A program made the translations under genes and the position numbers. Below the pieces are notes generated by a model that was not told where the DNA came from, did not search any database, and worked only from the letters and a program-made list of their open reading frames with translations. From Candidatus Bathyarchaeota archaeon (lineage in GTDB: Archaea; Thermoproteota; Bathyarchaeia; Bathyarchaeales; Bathycorpusculaceae), in contig CAWFFH010000003.1 in NCBI GenBank assembly GCA_963815095.1, forward strand, positions 32,001-96,000: a stretch of 64,000 nucleotides of DNA, read 5' to 3'. This document shows, one piece after another, positions 48,923 through 58,614 of this stretch (position 1 is the stretch's first letter; each line of letters starts with the position of its first letter).

Positions 48923-51016
48923 ATGACTATAGATTCCATTACAATAGCGGTGCCTACCTTGCGCAAAAAAGACTTCTCAAGCTTTGACATTGCCGCAGCA
49001 ATCAAAGAACTAAAAATCACTTTAGCCGATTCCAGAGTGAACAACATCTATCAACTTGACGAGAAAACCGTAATCTTCAAACTCCACAAAACAGACCAAC
49101 CGCCTATTCGATTAGTGATGGAGGCAGGCAGAAGACTACATGTGACTAGTTACGCAGAAGAAAACCCCGCTGAACCCCCAGCATTCTGTATGGCATTGAG
49201 AAAATACTTGCGTAACTCATGGGTAACTGGAATTGACCAATATGAGTTTGAAAGAATCGTAACAGTTACTTTTAGGACCAAAACAGGTTTGTTAAAATTG
49301 GTTGTGGAGCTTTTCGGCGAAGGCAACTTGATACTAACAAATGAACAAAACGTGATTATTCATGCGTTAGCTTTTAAAAAAATGCGTGACCGCGACATCC
49401 TGCACAACATAGTCCTTCAGCTTCCCCCTTCAAGCGGCAAAAACCCCTTCAAAGTAACCCAAAGTGAGCTGGAAGAAGCTCTCAAAAACGCAGGGGAAAC
49501 TGAAGTTGTAAGGTCTATCGCGCGTTTCTTGGGGGTTGGTGGAGTTTATGCAGAAGAAATTCTGCTGCGAGCTAATGTGGATAAAACTAAGCATTGTAAT
49601 ACCGTAACAAGCGAGGAGGTTAAGGGGATTTTTACTGCCCTACAAACTTTACTGGCCGCTGTTTCAGGAGGCAACTTGGAGGCTTGCATAGTTCTGGGTG
49701 ATGACGGAGACTATCTGGATGTTGTGCCTATCAAGCTGAAACGTTATGAAAGCTGCAAACTTCAGGTTTACAACTCATTTAATCAGGCTTTAGACGAATT
49801 TTACCTGAGAGTAATCACCGCAGAGAAAGCGTTTGCAAGCGTTGAAGTTGACAAGTTAAAAAAAGAAGCCGAACGACTCAGACGAATGGTTGCGGAACAA
49901 GAAAAATCCATTCATGAAGATGAAGCCAAATCTGAACGAGACAAACTCGTCGGCGACACCATCTACGCTCATTTTAACGAGCTTCAAACATTCCAAGAGC
50001 AACTGATAAAAGCAAACCAACAAGGACACGACTGGGACATAATCATCACAACGGTCATGGCTGCAAAGAAAACAGGCAAAGTGCCAGCGGCTTATGTTGA
50101 AGGTTTTGATGGCAAAAACCTCGCACTTAACCTCGGCGTAGATAATTTCCATTTCAGTTTCAACTTGCGAGATTCGCTCTTTGATAACGCCAACAGGTAC
50201 TATGAACATGGTAAACACGCTAAAGAAAAAGCTCAAGGCGCTCTCTTTGCTCTTCAGGATTCTAAGAGGAAACTAGCTAAAATCGAGCGCGAGCTGGCTG
50301 AAGCGGAAACGCTCAAGAGCCTAAAACCAGCCGAAATGATAGAAGCACTCTCCAAACGTAAAGTAGAAATGGAAAACAAGGAGTGGTACGAAAAATTCCG
50401 CTGGTATATTTCCTCAGATGGCTTCTTAGTGGTTGCAGGTAAAGACACTGTCAGCAATGAAGTGCTTATAAAAAAATACACTATACAAGAGGATGTAGTT
50501 TTTCACGCAGAAATCACTGGGTCACCGTTTGTAGTTATCAAATCGGAAGGTAGACCAATTAGTGAACAAGCCTTGCGGGAAGCCGGCGAGTTTGCAGCTT
50601 CTTTTTCGCGGGCATGGCGGGAAAACCTTGGAACAGCAGACGTTTATTGGGTAAAAGTTGACCAGCTAACTAAAAGTGGTCCGTCTGGAGAATCAGTTCC
50701 TCATGGAGCGTTTTTTGTTGTGGGTAAACGCAACTGGTTTAGGAACACACCATTAAAAGTGGCAATCGGGATAATCGTCGGTGAAGAAACAACCTTTGTT
50801 GGCGGTCCAGTCGACGCAGTGAAGGCGAAAACCAAAACTTACCTCGTTATCTTGCCTGGAGATTTAGCCGGCAAAGAACTACTCAAGCAAATTCTCAAAT
50901 CTCTCATGCTAAAGTTGCCCAAGGAACAACGCGAAAAAGCAGGAAAAACATCGATTGAACAAGTCCGAGAGTTTGTTCCCTACACGAAAGGCACAATAAA
51001 CCAAAAAGCAACCTAA
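48923..51016 (+). CDS. rqcH: Ribosome quality control protein RqcH/Rqc2 (NFACT family)
   Basis: FCMALRKYL, FERIV, ELFGEGN, WYEKFRWY.SSDG, GKD..SNE, FHAEI.GSP. Confidence 0.93.
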   Translation: MTIDSITIAVPTLRKKDFSSFDIAAAIKELKITLADSRVNNIYQLDEKTVIFKLHKTDQPPIRLVMEAGRRLHVTSYAEENPAEPPAFCMALRKYLRNSWVTGIDQYEFERIVTVTFRTKTGLLKLVVELFGEGNLILTNEQNVIIHALAFKKMRDRDILHNIVLQLPPSSGKNPFKVTQSELEEALKNAGETEVVRSIARFLGVGGVYAEEILLRANVDKTKHCNTVTSEEVKGIFTALQTLLAAVSGGNLEACIVLGDDGDYLDVVPIKLKRYESCKLQVYNSFNQALDEFYLRVITAEKAFASVEVDKLKKEAERLRRMVAEQEKSIHEDEAKSERDKLVGDTIYAHFNELQTFQEQLIKANQQGHDWDIIITTVMAAKKTGKVPAAYVEGFDGKNLALNLGVDNFHFSFNLRDSLFDNANRYYEHGKHAKEKAQGALFALQDSKRKLAKIERELAEAETLKSLKPAEMIEALSKRKVEMENKEWYEKFRWYISSDGFLVVAGKDTVSNEVLIKKYTIQEDVVFHAEITGSPFVVIKSEGRPISEQALREAGEFAASFSRAWRENLGTADVYWVKVDQLTKSGPSGESVPHGAFFVVGKRNWFRNTPLKVAIGIIVGEETTFVGGPVDAVKAKTKTYLVILPGDLAGKELLKQILKSLMLKLPKEQREKAGKTSIEQVREFVPYTKGTINQKAT

Positions 51017-51124
51017 AATTAAAACTTTAAAATCAGCCCAAGCTATGGATTTTTTTCGGCGTCGATTCTAAATTATGCTAAATCGTTTGAACCTTACCCT
51101 TAGAGCTTGAAATTCGAAAAAGAG

Positions 51125-51448
51125 TTATTTTGGGCATTGAAAAAGCTCTGTTGAGAACACCCGGTAGTTTTCGATTTTGGGAGTTTCCTCAAGTAGTCCT
51201 CTAACTTTGTTTATAGCTTGTGTAAACTCTCCTTTTTCTGAATTCATCATAGTCTCTATATCCTGCCAAAGGGTTAGAACAGTTAATGCATTTGGGTCTT
51301 CATAAGACAATAACGATATGTAACCACGATGACCCCCAGCTACCTGCGCGAGCGTTTTAAGGATACGATCAAGTTCAACGAAGCCTTCTTCACGTTTTCC
51401 GGATTTAAAATGCCAAAAAGATACTCGTGCTAAAACCATACAACTCAT
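51125..51448 (-). CDS. Antibiotic biosynthesis monooxygenase (ABM)-like protein
   Basis: KSGKREE...G.RG...L.....N....LTLW pattern. Confidence 0.7.
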   Translation of the reverse strand: MSCMVLARVSFWHFKSGKREEGFVELDRILKTLAQVAGGHRGYISLLSYEDPNALTVLTLWQDIETMMNSEKGEFTQAINKVRGLLEETPKIENYRVFSTELFQCPK

Positions 51449-51579
51449 CTAAACAAAATTGTAGCCTCTTTCTTTTATAGTTTTAAAGTTAGCATTCTTG
51501 ATGGTCAAGCATTTAGACGATTGCTATCTGCTAGTGCACTAGTTTTTTATTTTCAATTGCTCAGTATAAAAATGGTGGT

Positions 51580-52188
51580 TTGTTGGATAAGATTGACCTA
51601 AAAAAAGAACTGAGAACCCTGTACAACCCTTCAGCAAAAGAAATCACAACCGTGGATGTTCCTGCTATGAATTTTCTGTTGGTTGACGGGGAGGGCTCCC
51701 CTTCATCACCACAATTCAGCGAGGCTATTGAAGCGTTATTTAGTGTCGCGTACACTCTTAAGTTCATGGTTAAGAAAGGCACGGGCATAGACTACGGTGT
51801 TATGCCCCTTGAAGGTTTATGGTGGGTAGATGACATGACAAAGTTTAGTCCAGACCGAAAAGACGAGTGGAAATGGACAGCCATGATTATGCATCCCAAA
51901 TACGCTTCAACGGACAATGTTATTTTGGCGGTTGAACAGGTTAAGAAGAAAAAGAACCCCGTTGCTCTCTCCAAAGTTCGGTTTGAAAGTTTCAAAGAAG
52001 GACTTGCCGCACAAATAATGTACATGGGGCCCTTTTCGGCCGAAGCACCAACGATAAAAAAAATACACACATACATCCAAAACAGCGGACACTTTCTAAG
52101 TGCCAAACATCACGAAATTTACTTAAACAACCCAGCCACAACAGCGCCCGAAAAACTGAAAACCATCTTAAGGCAACCGATGAAATGA
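51580..52188 (+). CDS. GyrI-like small-molecule-binding domain protein
   Basis: KIDLKKE..LY.P, PLEGLWW, GPFS.E, HHEIYL, LKTILRQP. Confidence 0.88.
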   Translation: MLDKIDLKKELRTLYNPSAKEITTVDVPAMNFLLVDGEGSPSSPQFSEAIEALFSVAYTLKFMVKKGTGIDYGVMPLEGLWWVDDMTKFSPDRKDEWKWTAMIMHPKYASTDNVILAVEQVKKKKNPVALSKVRFESFKEGLAAQIMYMGPFSAEAPTIKKIHTYIQNSGHFLSAKHHEIYLNNPATTAPEKLKTILRQPMK

Positions 52189-52190
52189 TC

Positions 52191-52706
52191 TTAAGCATCA
52201 ATTGCAGTGATTTGCTTCGCTAATTCACGGATTTGTTGCCTGAATTTTTCGCGCATTTTCGTGAAGCGCATAGCGGCCGAAGGATGAACGATCTGGATAT
52301 ATTCTATTCCATCTATTCGCGGGGTTTCTTTTGCAGATGCCCCCAAAAGCACGATTATTTCTGGCTTAATAAATCTAATTTGAGTAATTAAGTAAGGCAA
52401 GCATGCTTTAACTTCGTCGTCGAATGGTTTGCGGTTTTTGGGAGAAACATGCTTAACAATATTTGTTATGAAAACGTCTTCACGTTTTATACCAAATTCG
52501 CTTAAAGTTTTGGTTAAGTATTTTCCTGCGCGACCGACAAATGGTCTGCCCAATTCGTCCTCGTCTGCTCCCGGATTCTGCCCGACAAACATTACGGTAG
52601 CGCTCAGTGGTCCTTCGCCTGGAACTGCATGTTTTGCGTCTTGCCAGAGCCTACATTTTCTGCATCCATAAATTTGCGCGTTCAATTCGTCCATTGACAT
52701 GTGCAT
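52191..52706 (-). CDS. Uracil-DNA glycosylase, family 4-like
   Basis: CRKCRL, VPGEG, GQNPG..ED..GRPFVGRAG, HPSAA. Confidence 0.88.
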   Translation of the reverse strand: MHMSMDELNAQIYGCRKCRLWQDAKHAVPGEGPLSATVMFVGQNPGADEDELGRPFVGRAGKYLTKTLSEFGIKREDVFITNIVKHVSPKNRKPFDDEVKACLPYLITQIRFIKPEIIVLLGASAKETPRIDGIEYIQIVHPSAAMRFTKMREKFRQQIRELAKQITAIDA

Positions 52707-52838
52707 CAGCTTGTTGTTGGCTATTAACAGTCACGCAACCTTAAAAAATAACTCCTAACTACTAGTAAATCAAGTTCTTGTTTGACAAAACAGGAACAGA
52801 CTTGGTAGTTTTAAGGCTTAATTTTACGAGGAAAGAAA

Positions 52839-53140
52839 ATGACAAACGAAGAAACGGTATCTGAGTCCTTAATCAGCAGTGCGATTCGTGTTCTAATGAG
52901 GGTCGCTTTTGTCTTTGAGCCCTAGCGCCAACAGCTATCACGGCTTTGATGAATCAGCAATTGCACAGGTATAAGCAGGCAGGCATAATCGGGGAATACA
53001 AAGCCCATACCAAACGCTTAGGAAAGTACCACTACCGAATCGTAATGGATTTAGATTTGACTGGGATGCAGGCAGTTCATCTTTTGAGTAACTTGTTTCC
53101 TAAACAATTAAGCAGATTCGGGAGGTGGTTCCATGACTGA
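52839..53140 (+). pseudogene. Small hypothetical gene apparently split by a -1 frameshift at about 52917
   Basis: ATG after GAGG gives MTNEETVSESLISSAIRVLMRVAFVF, which can continue in the -1 frame as ALAPTAITALMNQQLHRYKQAGII. Confidence 0.5.
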
Positions 53141-53285
53141 AATGCCAGAAAAGAAAGGAAAGTTGAAAGTAACAGTTGAACTCGAAGTTAACGAGGAATT
53201 GATGAGTGTAGTTAAAGACGCAATGTCTAAGGCTTCCACAAAGATTCCTGAAATGATGAGGAGAGGCGGAGAAAACAAACAATAA
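53133..53285 (+). CDS. 50-aa small protein MTEMPEKKGKLKVTVELEVNEELMSVVKDAMSKASTKIPEMMRRGGENKQ (not in ORF track)
   Basis: GGAGGTGG Shine-Dalgarno; paralog of 14918-15115; T-rich terminator. Confidence 0.85.
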   Translation: MTEMPEKKGKLKVTVELEVNEELMSVVKDAMSKASTKIPEMMRRGGENKQ

Positions 53286-53336
53286 AACATTCACCAAATT
53301 TTCTCTAATATTTTTTTTATTTTTTTAGAAAAACAG

Positions 53337-53576
53337 CTATGATTTGCTCGTTTTATTAAATATTTGTATTATCAATCCGTCGTGGATTCGTTCTGCTTCA
53401 ACTTCCGCTTCTTTTGAGTCTTCTATTTCTTGTATATGGGTCGCAATGTGGACTTCGATTGCTTCGCCCATAAGTTTGGCATCAGGAACTAACATAATCT
53501 TTTTTCCACAAGAGCATTTAATTACAGGCAGACCTTTCTTGCCGCCGATTTTTTTCTTAGAAACTTTACTTGGCAC
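53337..53576 (-). CDS. Small putative zinc-binding protein (CxC...HxxxH)
   Basis: IKCSCG..I..VPD...M..AIE.HIATH; GAGGT Shine-Dalgarno before GTG. Confidence 0.75.
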   Translation of the reverse strand: MPSKVSKKKIGGKKGLPVIKCSCGKKIMLVPDAKLMGEAIEVHIATHIQEIEDSKEAEVEAERIHDGLIIQIFNKTSKS

Positions 53577-53736
53577 ATCTTTACCTCGACTTTTGATGCC
53601 CCACCCAACCGTTACTTGAATAAAAATTTATTTCCAAATCTCAAATATTGCGCGGGACAAACCACTAGCAAAAAAGATGTTGTTGATTAGAGAAAGACTT
53701 TATACCCTAAAACAGTCACTAATATTAAGGATAATT

Positions 53737-54048
53737 ATGAAGTTTTTAATAATACAAAAAATAAAGCGGGATGTTCCCATAGAAAAATGGGCAAAACTTC
53801 TTCCTCTGCAATTCATATATTTTGAAAACCTGGAAAAAGAAAAAACACTAGAAGTTTACTATCACCTAATTGGGCAACAAGGCAGTATGCTTGTAGTCAA
53901 TGTGGACTCAGACGAGAAACTCTCCAAAATCATCGGACAAGACCCCATGTTCTTCGATTCTGAACGCGAAATTTACCCCTTAACTACGCGACAAACACAC
54001 GAAAAACAAATTCGAGAACTCCTAAAGCCCGAGCCCGCAGGTTTTTAA
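53737..54048 (+). CDS. Muconolactone isomerase/DUF3303-like protein
   Basis: MKFL...Y...G..G...V.NVDS.E.L..I....P......EIYPL. Confidence 0.65.
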   Translation: MKFLIIQKIKRDVPIEKWAKLLPLQFIYFENLEKEKTLEVYYHLIGQQGSMLVVNVDSDEKLSKIIGQDPMFFDSEREIYPLTTRQTHEKQIRELLKPEPAGF

Positions 54049-54050
54049 TT

Positions 54051-54605
54051 ATGGGTTGCCATGGCGGATTCAGCCTCGACGAAGCCACACGACGATCGTG
54101 GTACAATCCCCAAGCCATACTGAGTAACTTGCATTCAGGCATGGTGTTTATTGATATAGGCTGCGGGGATGGCTTCTTTAGCATTTTTGCCGCAAAAAAA
54201 ATAGGTGAAAAAGGCAAGGTCTTCGCTGTAGACATAGATACCCAATCAATTGAGAAATTGAAAAATAAAGCAGCTTCTGAAGGCTTGACAAACATTACCG
54301 CCAAAGCGGGCAGAGCTGAAGAGACTGTTTTTTGTAAGCAATGCGCCGACTTCGTTTTTTACAGCATGGATCTTCATGACTTCAACGACCCCTCAAAAGT
54401 TCTGCAAAACGCTAAACAAATGATAAAACCCAATGGGTGGCTAATTGATTTGGATTGGAAAAAAATGGATATGCCTTTCGGTCCACCTACCTCCATAAGG
54501 TTCAGCGAAGAAAAAGCCTCCGAGTTGATATGCTCGGCAGGTTTCACCGTAACAGAAACAAAGGATGCTGGACCGTATCATTACATTCTGACTGCAAAAC
54601 CCTGA
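54051..54605 (+). CDS. Class I SAM-dependent methyltransferase
   Basis: DIGCGDG, AVDID, LHD, KPNG. Confidence 0.9.
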   Translation: MGCHGGFSLDEATRRSWYNPQAILSNLHSGMVFIDIGCGDGFFSIFAAKKIGEKGKVFAVDIDTQSIEKLKNKAASEGLTNITAKAGRAEETVFCKQCADFVFYSMDLHDFNDPSKVLQNAKQMIKPNGWLIDLDWKKMDMPFGPPTSIRFSEEKASELICSAGFTVTETKDAGPYHYILTAKP

Positions 54606-54612
54606 GAGAGGG

Positions 54613-55212
54613 TTATTCCGCATTTGCATAGAGTTCAAGCAAATCATGCTTAAAGCGTTCAGGTTCATCTTTGTAGGCTGAGTGGTTTGAACCGTCGTAG
54701 ATTATGAGTTTTGCATTGGGCAGTTTATCGGCTAGGGTTCGCATGTCTTCGCTTGTGACTATGTTATCTTGGGAGCCCCAAATTATTGTTGTTGAAAACT
54801 TGAATTGGCTGTATTTCTGCACGAGGTCTGGTTCAAGGGCTCTTGCAGGCGAAACTAACAGTAAACCCTTAACTGGAAAACATGCCGCATACCGCAACAC
54901 CATGTTGCCGCCTATACTGGCACCAACGAGTAAAGGAACGGTTGCACCAAAAACAGTTTTGACTGAATCATTTACATATGTAATGTTTTTTTCTGGATCG
55001 CGGGTTTTGGGTTGGCACTGACTCTTCAAGCCGTAAGGCATGTCTAAAGCTAGAAAAGGAATACGTTTTTTCATTAACAAATCTGTTACACCTATTCTCT
55101 GCCAAATGTCGGCGGTGTATGATAATCCGTGAAGAAAAACTATTGGAGTACCAGAAGAAGTGTAATACAAAGCCGGGCACTCGTAGCCCGCCACATTTAA
55201 TGTTTTCTCCAA
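54613..55212 (-). CDS. Alpha/beta hydrolase
   Basis: FLHG, GASIGG nucleophile elbow, WGSQD, H; probable TTG start. Confidence 0.88.
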   Translation of the reverse strand: MEKTLNVAGYECPALYYTSSGTPIVFLHGLSYTADIWQRIGVTDLLMKKRIPFLALDMPYGLKSQCQPKTRDPEKNITYVNDSVKTVFGATVPLLVGASIGGNMVLRYAACFPVKGLLLVSPARALEPDLVQKYSQFKFSTTIIWGSQDNIVTSEDMRTLADKLPNAKLIIYDGSNHSAYKDEPERFKHDLLELYANAE

Positions 55213-55316
55213 GCCAATCGCTCCATGATTTGCTATGCACACAGCCTCTTATAACATTTAATTCGGTTTGCGAAAAACATAATAGCCCTAAAAAGCCACT
55301 ATGTTACGGTGAATTT

Positions 55317-55793
55317 TTGACAGTTAAAGTCGGCGATAAAGCCCCAGATTTCACACTTCCATCCCAAATGGGCGACAACATCACTCTCTCAGAGTTTTTT
55401 GGCAAAAAGAATGTAGTATTATACTTTTATCCTAAAGATGAATCCCCAGGCTGCACAAAAGAAGCATGCACCTTCAGGGACAGCTATGAAGAACTAACAA
55501 ATTTGGGTGCTGAAGTACTTGGGATAAGTGGGCAGAGTGTAGAATCCCACAAATCCTTCGCCACACATTATGGGTTGCAGTTTATTCTTCTAAGCGACCA
55601 AGGCCACAAAGTCAGAGAACTTTATGATGTGCCTTCAACTATGGGATTAATTCCTGGACGTGTCACATTCATCATCGACAAGAAAGGGGTAGTTCGCCAT
55701 ATTTTCAATTCCCAAACCCAAGCCCAGCGACACGTAGAAGAAGCAAAAAATACTTTAAAACAACTAGAACAAGAAGAGAAAGCCACGGCTTAG
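55317..55793 (+). CDS. bcp: Peroxiredoxin BCP/PrxQ
   Basis: [26 protein letters not shown]; TTG after GGTGA. Confidence 0.93.
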   Translation: MTVKVGDKAPDFTLPSQMGDNITLSEFFGKKNVVLYFYPKDESPGCTKEACTFRDSYEELTNLGAEVLGISGQSVESHKSFATHYGLQFILLSDQGHKVRELYDVPSTMGLIPGRVTFIIDKKGVVRHIFNSQTQAQRHVEEAKNTLKQLEQEEKATA

Positions 55794-55807
55794 GAGGAGA
55801 AGCAACC

Positions 55808-57043
55808 TTGCTCAATATCTACAATACACTAACACGGAAAACTGAGCCGTTCAAACCTACAGATGACAAAGAGGTTAAGATGTACACTTGCGGCCCATCA
55901 ACATACCAACCAGCCCACATCGGCAACTACCGAACATTCCTCTTTGAAGACATTCTTCAACGCTACCTCGAATATTCAGGATTCAAAGTAACCCGGCTAA
56001 TGACGCTAACCGACGTAGAAGATAAAGCCATTTCACAAGCTAAAAAAGAAAAACTAACCGTTGAAGAGTTAACGCACAAGAACGAGACAGTTTTTTTTGG
56101 GGATTTTAAGCTTTTGAAAATCAAAAATCCCGAATACGCTGTTAGGGCTTCATCAGCGGTGGATCAAGCGGTAAACTTGATTTCGAAACTTGTGGAAAAA
56201 GGCACCGCATACTTTTACGCTTACAATTGTGCAAGAAACGTTTATTTTGACCCTTTAAAATTCGGGGGATTCGGTAAACTTGCCCGTTTAGACATGAGCA
56301 AGTGGCCCAAGAAGAAACGTCGCTTCCACAAAGACACATATCCGGGCACTCCGTGGAACCGCGGTGATTTCGTCCTTTGGCATGGTTGCAACCAAGACGA
56401 CGTATGCTTCGAAACGTCGATTGGAAAGGGGCGACCTGCGTGGAACATTCAGGATGCGGCTATAGTTACTAAGCATCTGGGCTTCTCTGTTGATGTTGGT
56501 TGCGGCGGAATCGACAATTTAGTTAGGCACCACGATTATACGCTAGCGGTTGCGGAGGCCGTTTCGGGTAAACAGTTCTCGCGCTATTGGTTGCATGGCG
56601 GGCATCTGTTTGTGGATGGCAAAAAAATGTCCAAAAGCAAGGGCAATGTGTATTACCCAACTGATTTGTTAGCAAAAGGCTTTAGTGGTGAGCAGTTGAG
56701 GTTCTTTCTTATTTATGGACCGTATAGGAAAAAGCTGAATTTCACATTCGAAAGGTTGGCTCAGAGAATCCAAAAGCTTGATTCATTGAAGGACATGGTT
56801 GCAGAGTTGCAAAATACGAAATCAAATGGACGAATTGAATTGCAAAAAAACTTAACCAGCATCATCGTTTCTGATTTTGAAAATCACATGAATAATGATT
56901 TAGACGTAATATCTGCCTTCGACAGCCTATACAGAACAATCAGTCAACTTTACGAAATGCGGCAATCTTTGAGTTCAATTGACATAAAAAATGTGTTGAA
57001 TGGCTTACGCAAAGTTGACAGCGTGCTACAATGTATTTTTTAA
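55808..57043 (+). CDS. Cysteinyl-tRNA synthetase-like protein, truncated, with an altered zinc site
   Basis: YTCGPS, HIGN, DFVLW and KMSKS present; WNIQD and HHDYT replace WHIEC and HHENE; no anticodon-binding tail. Confidence 0.88.
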   Translation: MLNIYNTLTRKTEPFKPTDDKEVKMYTCGPSTYQPAHIGNYRTFLFEDILQRYLEYSGFKVTRLMTLTDVEDKAISQAKKEKLTVEELTHKNETVFFGDFKLLKIKNPEYAVRASSAVDQAVNLISKLVEKGTAYFYAYNCARNVYFDPLKFGGFGKLARLDMSKWPKKKRRFHKDTYPGTPWNRGDFVLWHGCNQDDVCFETSIGKGRPAWNIQDAAIVTKHLGFSVDVGCGGIDNLVRHHDYTLAVAEAVSGKQFSRYWLHGGHLFVDGKKMSKSKGNVYYPTDLLAKGFSGEQLRFFLIYGPYRKKLNFTFERLAQRIQKLDSLKDMVAELQNTKSNGRIELQKNLTSIIVSDFENHMNNDLDVISAFDSLYRTISQLYEMRQSLSSIDIKNVLNGLRKVDSVLQCIF

Positions 57044-57279
57044 ACGAGTTCGCCTATAAGCTTAACTCTAGCGAACGTTTCATCGCGATGCGGCGCCATT
57101 TCAAGTTCTTCAGTTAAATCTTTGCCTGCATCATGCATACCCATGTGGTCGCCTTCCATCCAGAAACTGCTATCTGTAACTTCGTAGACTTTGCCTTTAT
57201 GTGCAATGTAAGCTGGTTTACCGTTTTTTCCATTGTTTTCCTGTAGTTCTTGACGTGTAACTTTTTTTGGTTCTGACAA
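57040..57279 (-). CDS. Cytochrome b5-like heme/steroid-binding domain protein
   Basis: NGKNGKPAYIA.KG.VYEVT.S..W..G.H...H.AG.DLT..L..APH. Confidence 0.9.
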   Translation of the reverse strand: MSEPKKVTRQELQENNGKNGKPAYIAHKGKVYEVTDSSFWMEGDHMGMHDAGKDLTEELEMAPHRDETFARVKLIGELV

Positions 57280-57347
57280 AAAATTCACCTTTTCTTTAAG
57301 GTCTAAAAGTTTAAGGATAGTTTTAAAGGTTTAGGGATTAAAATAAA

Positions 57348-58418
57348 CTAATTTCTTAAGCTGGGACCAGTTGACGACGCATAGATTGCGTTTATGTTGA
57401 TGCTGCCAAGGTTTGTTCGGCAGTTTATTGCGATGTTGCTGGCTGCTGGGTAATTGTCAGATTGTATAGGTGATTGGTTGCCTGAAAAATGGTGTACATT
57501 CGTATGTATGCTTCCTAAGTTGGTTTGTGAAACGATTTTGGCTCCAACAGCACCATCGAGTTTCAAACCAACGGTGATGGAGCCCAAATCTGTGACAGAG
57601 GTTATCTGAAGATTTCCTTGAAGCGTCTTGGTTTGAGTTATGTCCATGTTTATGGAGCCAGCGTTTGAACGCAAATCAATCGTCTGTTTGCCTAAAACAT
57701 TCGCTTGGCTGGACCCAAAGTACACTGTTCCAGCTTGAGTTTGGAAGGTAAGGTTGCCTGAGATTGTAGCGTTTTGCAGGGTTGCTTCAACATTTCCGGC
57801 ATTCGCATTAAGGTTCAATGATTGAAAAGTTGCAGGTGTCTGAGAGGTTAAGGTGATTTTTCCTGCTTGAGTAGTGACGTTAAGGTTTAGGTTTAAGGCG
57901 GGGTTAACATAGACGGTGCAGATTACGTTGCGTTTGGTAATGAAAGGTGCATTTGTGTCGGTTACTTTTGTGTTGACTGTTAACACGTTGTTTTCTGTTT
58001 CGTTAGAAAAAGTTACAGTTACGAGGTTGGTTGAGCCGAAGATGCTTCTGGATCCTGTTGCTGATGTGGTGATCAAGATGTTTTGGCCATTTACATTTTG
58101 GGTTATGATGTTGACTTGGGCTGAATCAGCTTGTAAATTCAAGTTTAACGTGTCAACGTTGGGGTGGCTATCTTGATTGGTTTGATTAAAATTCAACGTT
58201 GATGCAGGAGCAAAAATTATGGCACTCACAATAATTGCTGCTACCAATAGAACGATTAATGAGATTGCGGCTATCACAAATGGCTCTTTTCTTATTGGTT
58301 TAACAGGTTTTGTTGGAGGTACAGGAACAGGAGCAAAAACCGCGACTGGCGTTCCGCATTTATGGCAGAAATGTGCATCCTCGTCAAGTTTAGTTCCGCA
58401 TCTTCGACAATAAGGCAC
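57348..58418 (-). CDS. Zinc ribbon + TM + DUF4097-like beta-repeat surface protein
   Basis: YCRRCG......A.FCHKCG, one TM, repeated TxxGxI units. Confidence 0.82.
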   Translation of the reverse strand: MPYCRRCGTKLDEDAHFCHKCGTPVAVFAPVPVPPTKPVKPIRKEPFVIAAISLIVLLVAAIIVSAIIFAPASTLNFNQTNQDSHPNVDTLNLNLQADSAQVNIITQNVNGQNILITTSATGSRSIFGSTNLVTVTFSNETENNVLTVNTKVTDTNAPFITKRNVICTVYVNPALNLNLNVTTQAGKITLTSQTPATFQSLNLNANAGNVEATLQNATISGNLTFQTQAGTVYFGSSQANVLGKQTIDLRSNAGSINMDITQTKTLQGNLQITSVTDLGSITVGLKLDGAVGAKIVSQTNLGSIHTNVHHFSGNQSPIQSDNYPAASNIAINCRTNLGSININAIYASSTGPSLRN

Positions 58419-58614
58419 CGTGAATCCTCAGTTAGAGGGTATTACGCCTTGGAAATTTAAGGCTTGCCAAAACAATTTTCGATTTATGATAACTCGGCAA
58501 TAGCAACTTATCTATCTATAATTTGTGCATAGAACCGATATTGGATCTAAAAATAGTCAGGTTAATGCGAATACTTTTTGTTTGCCCCTTGTGCATCTAA
58601 TAGTCAGTGACTAT

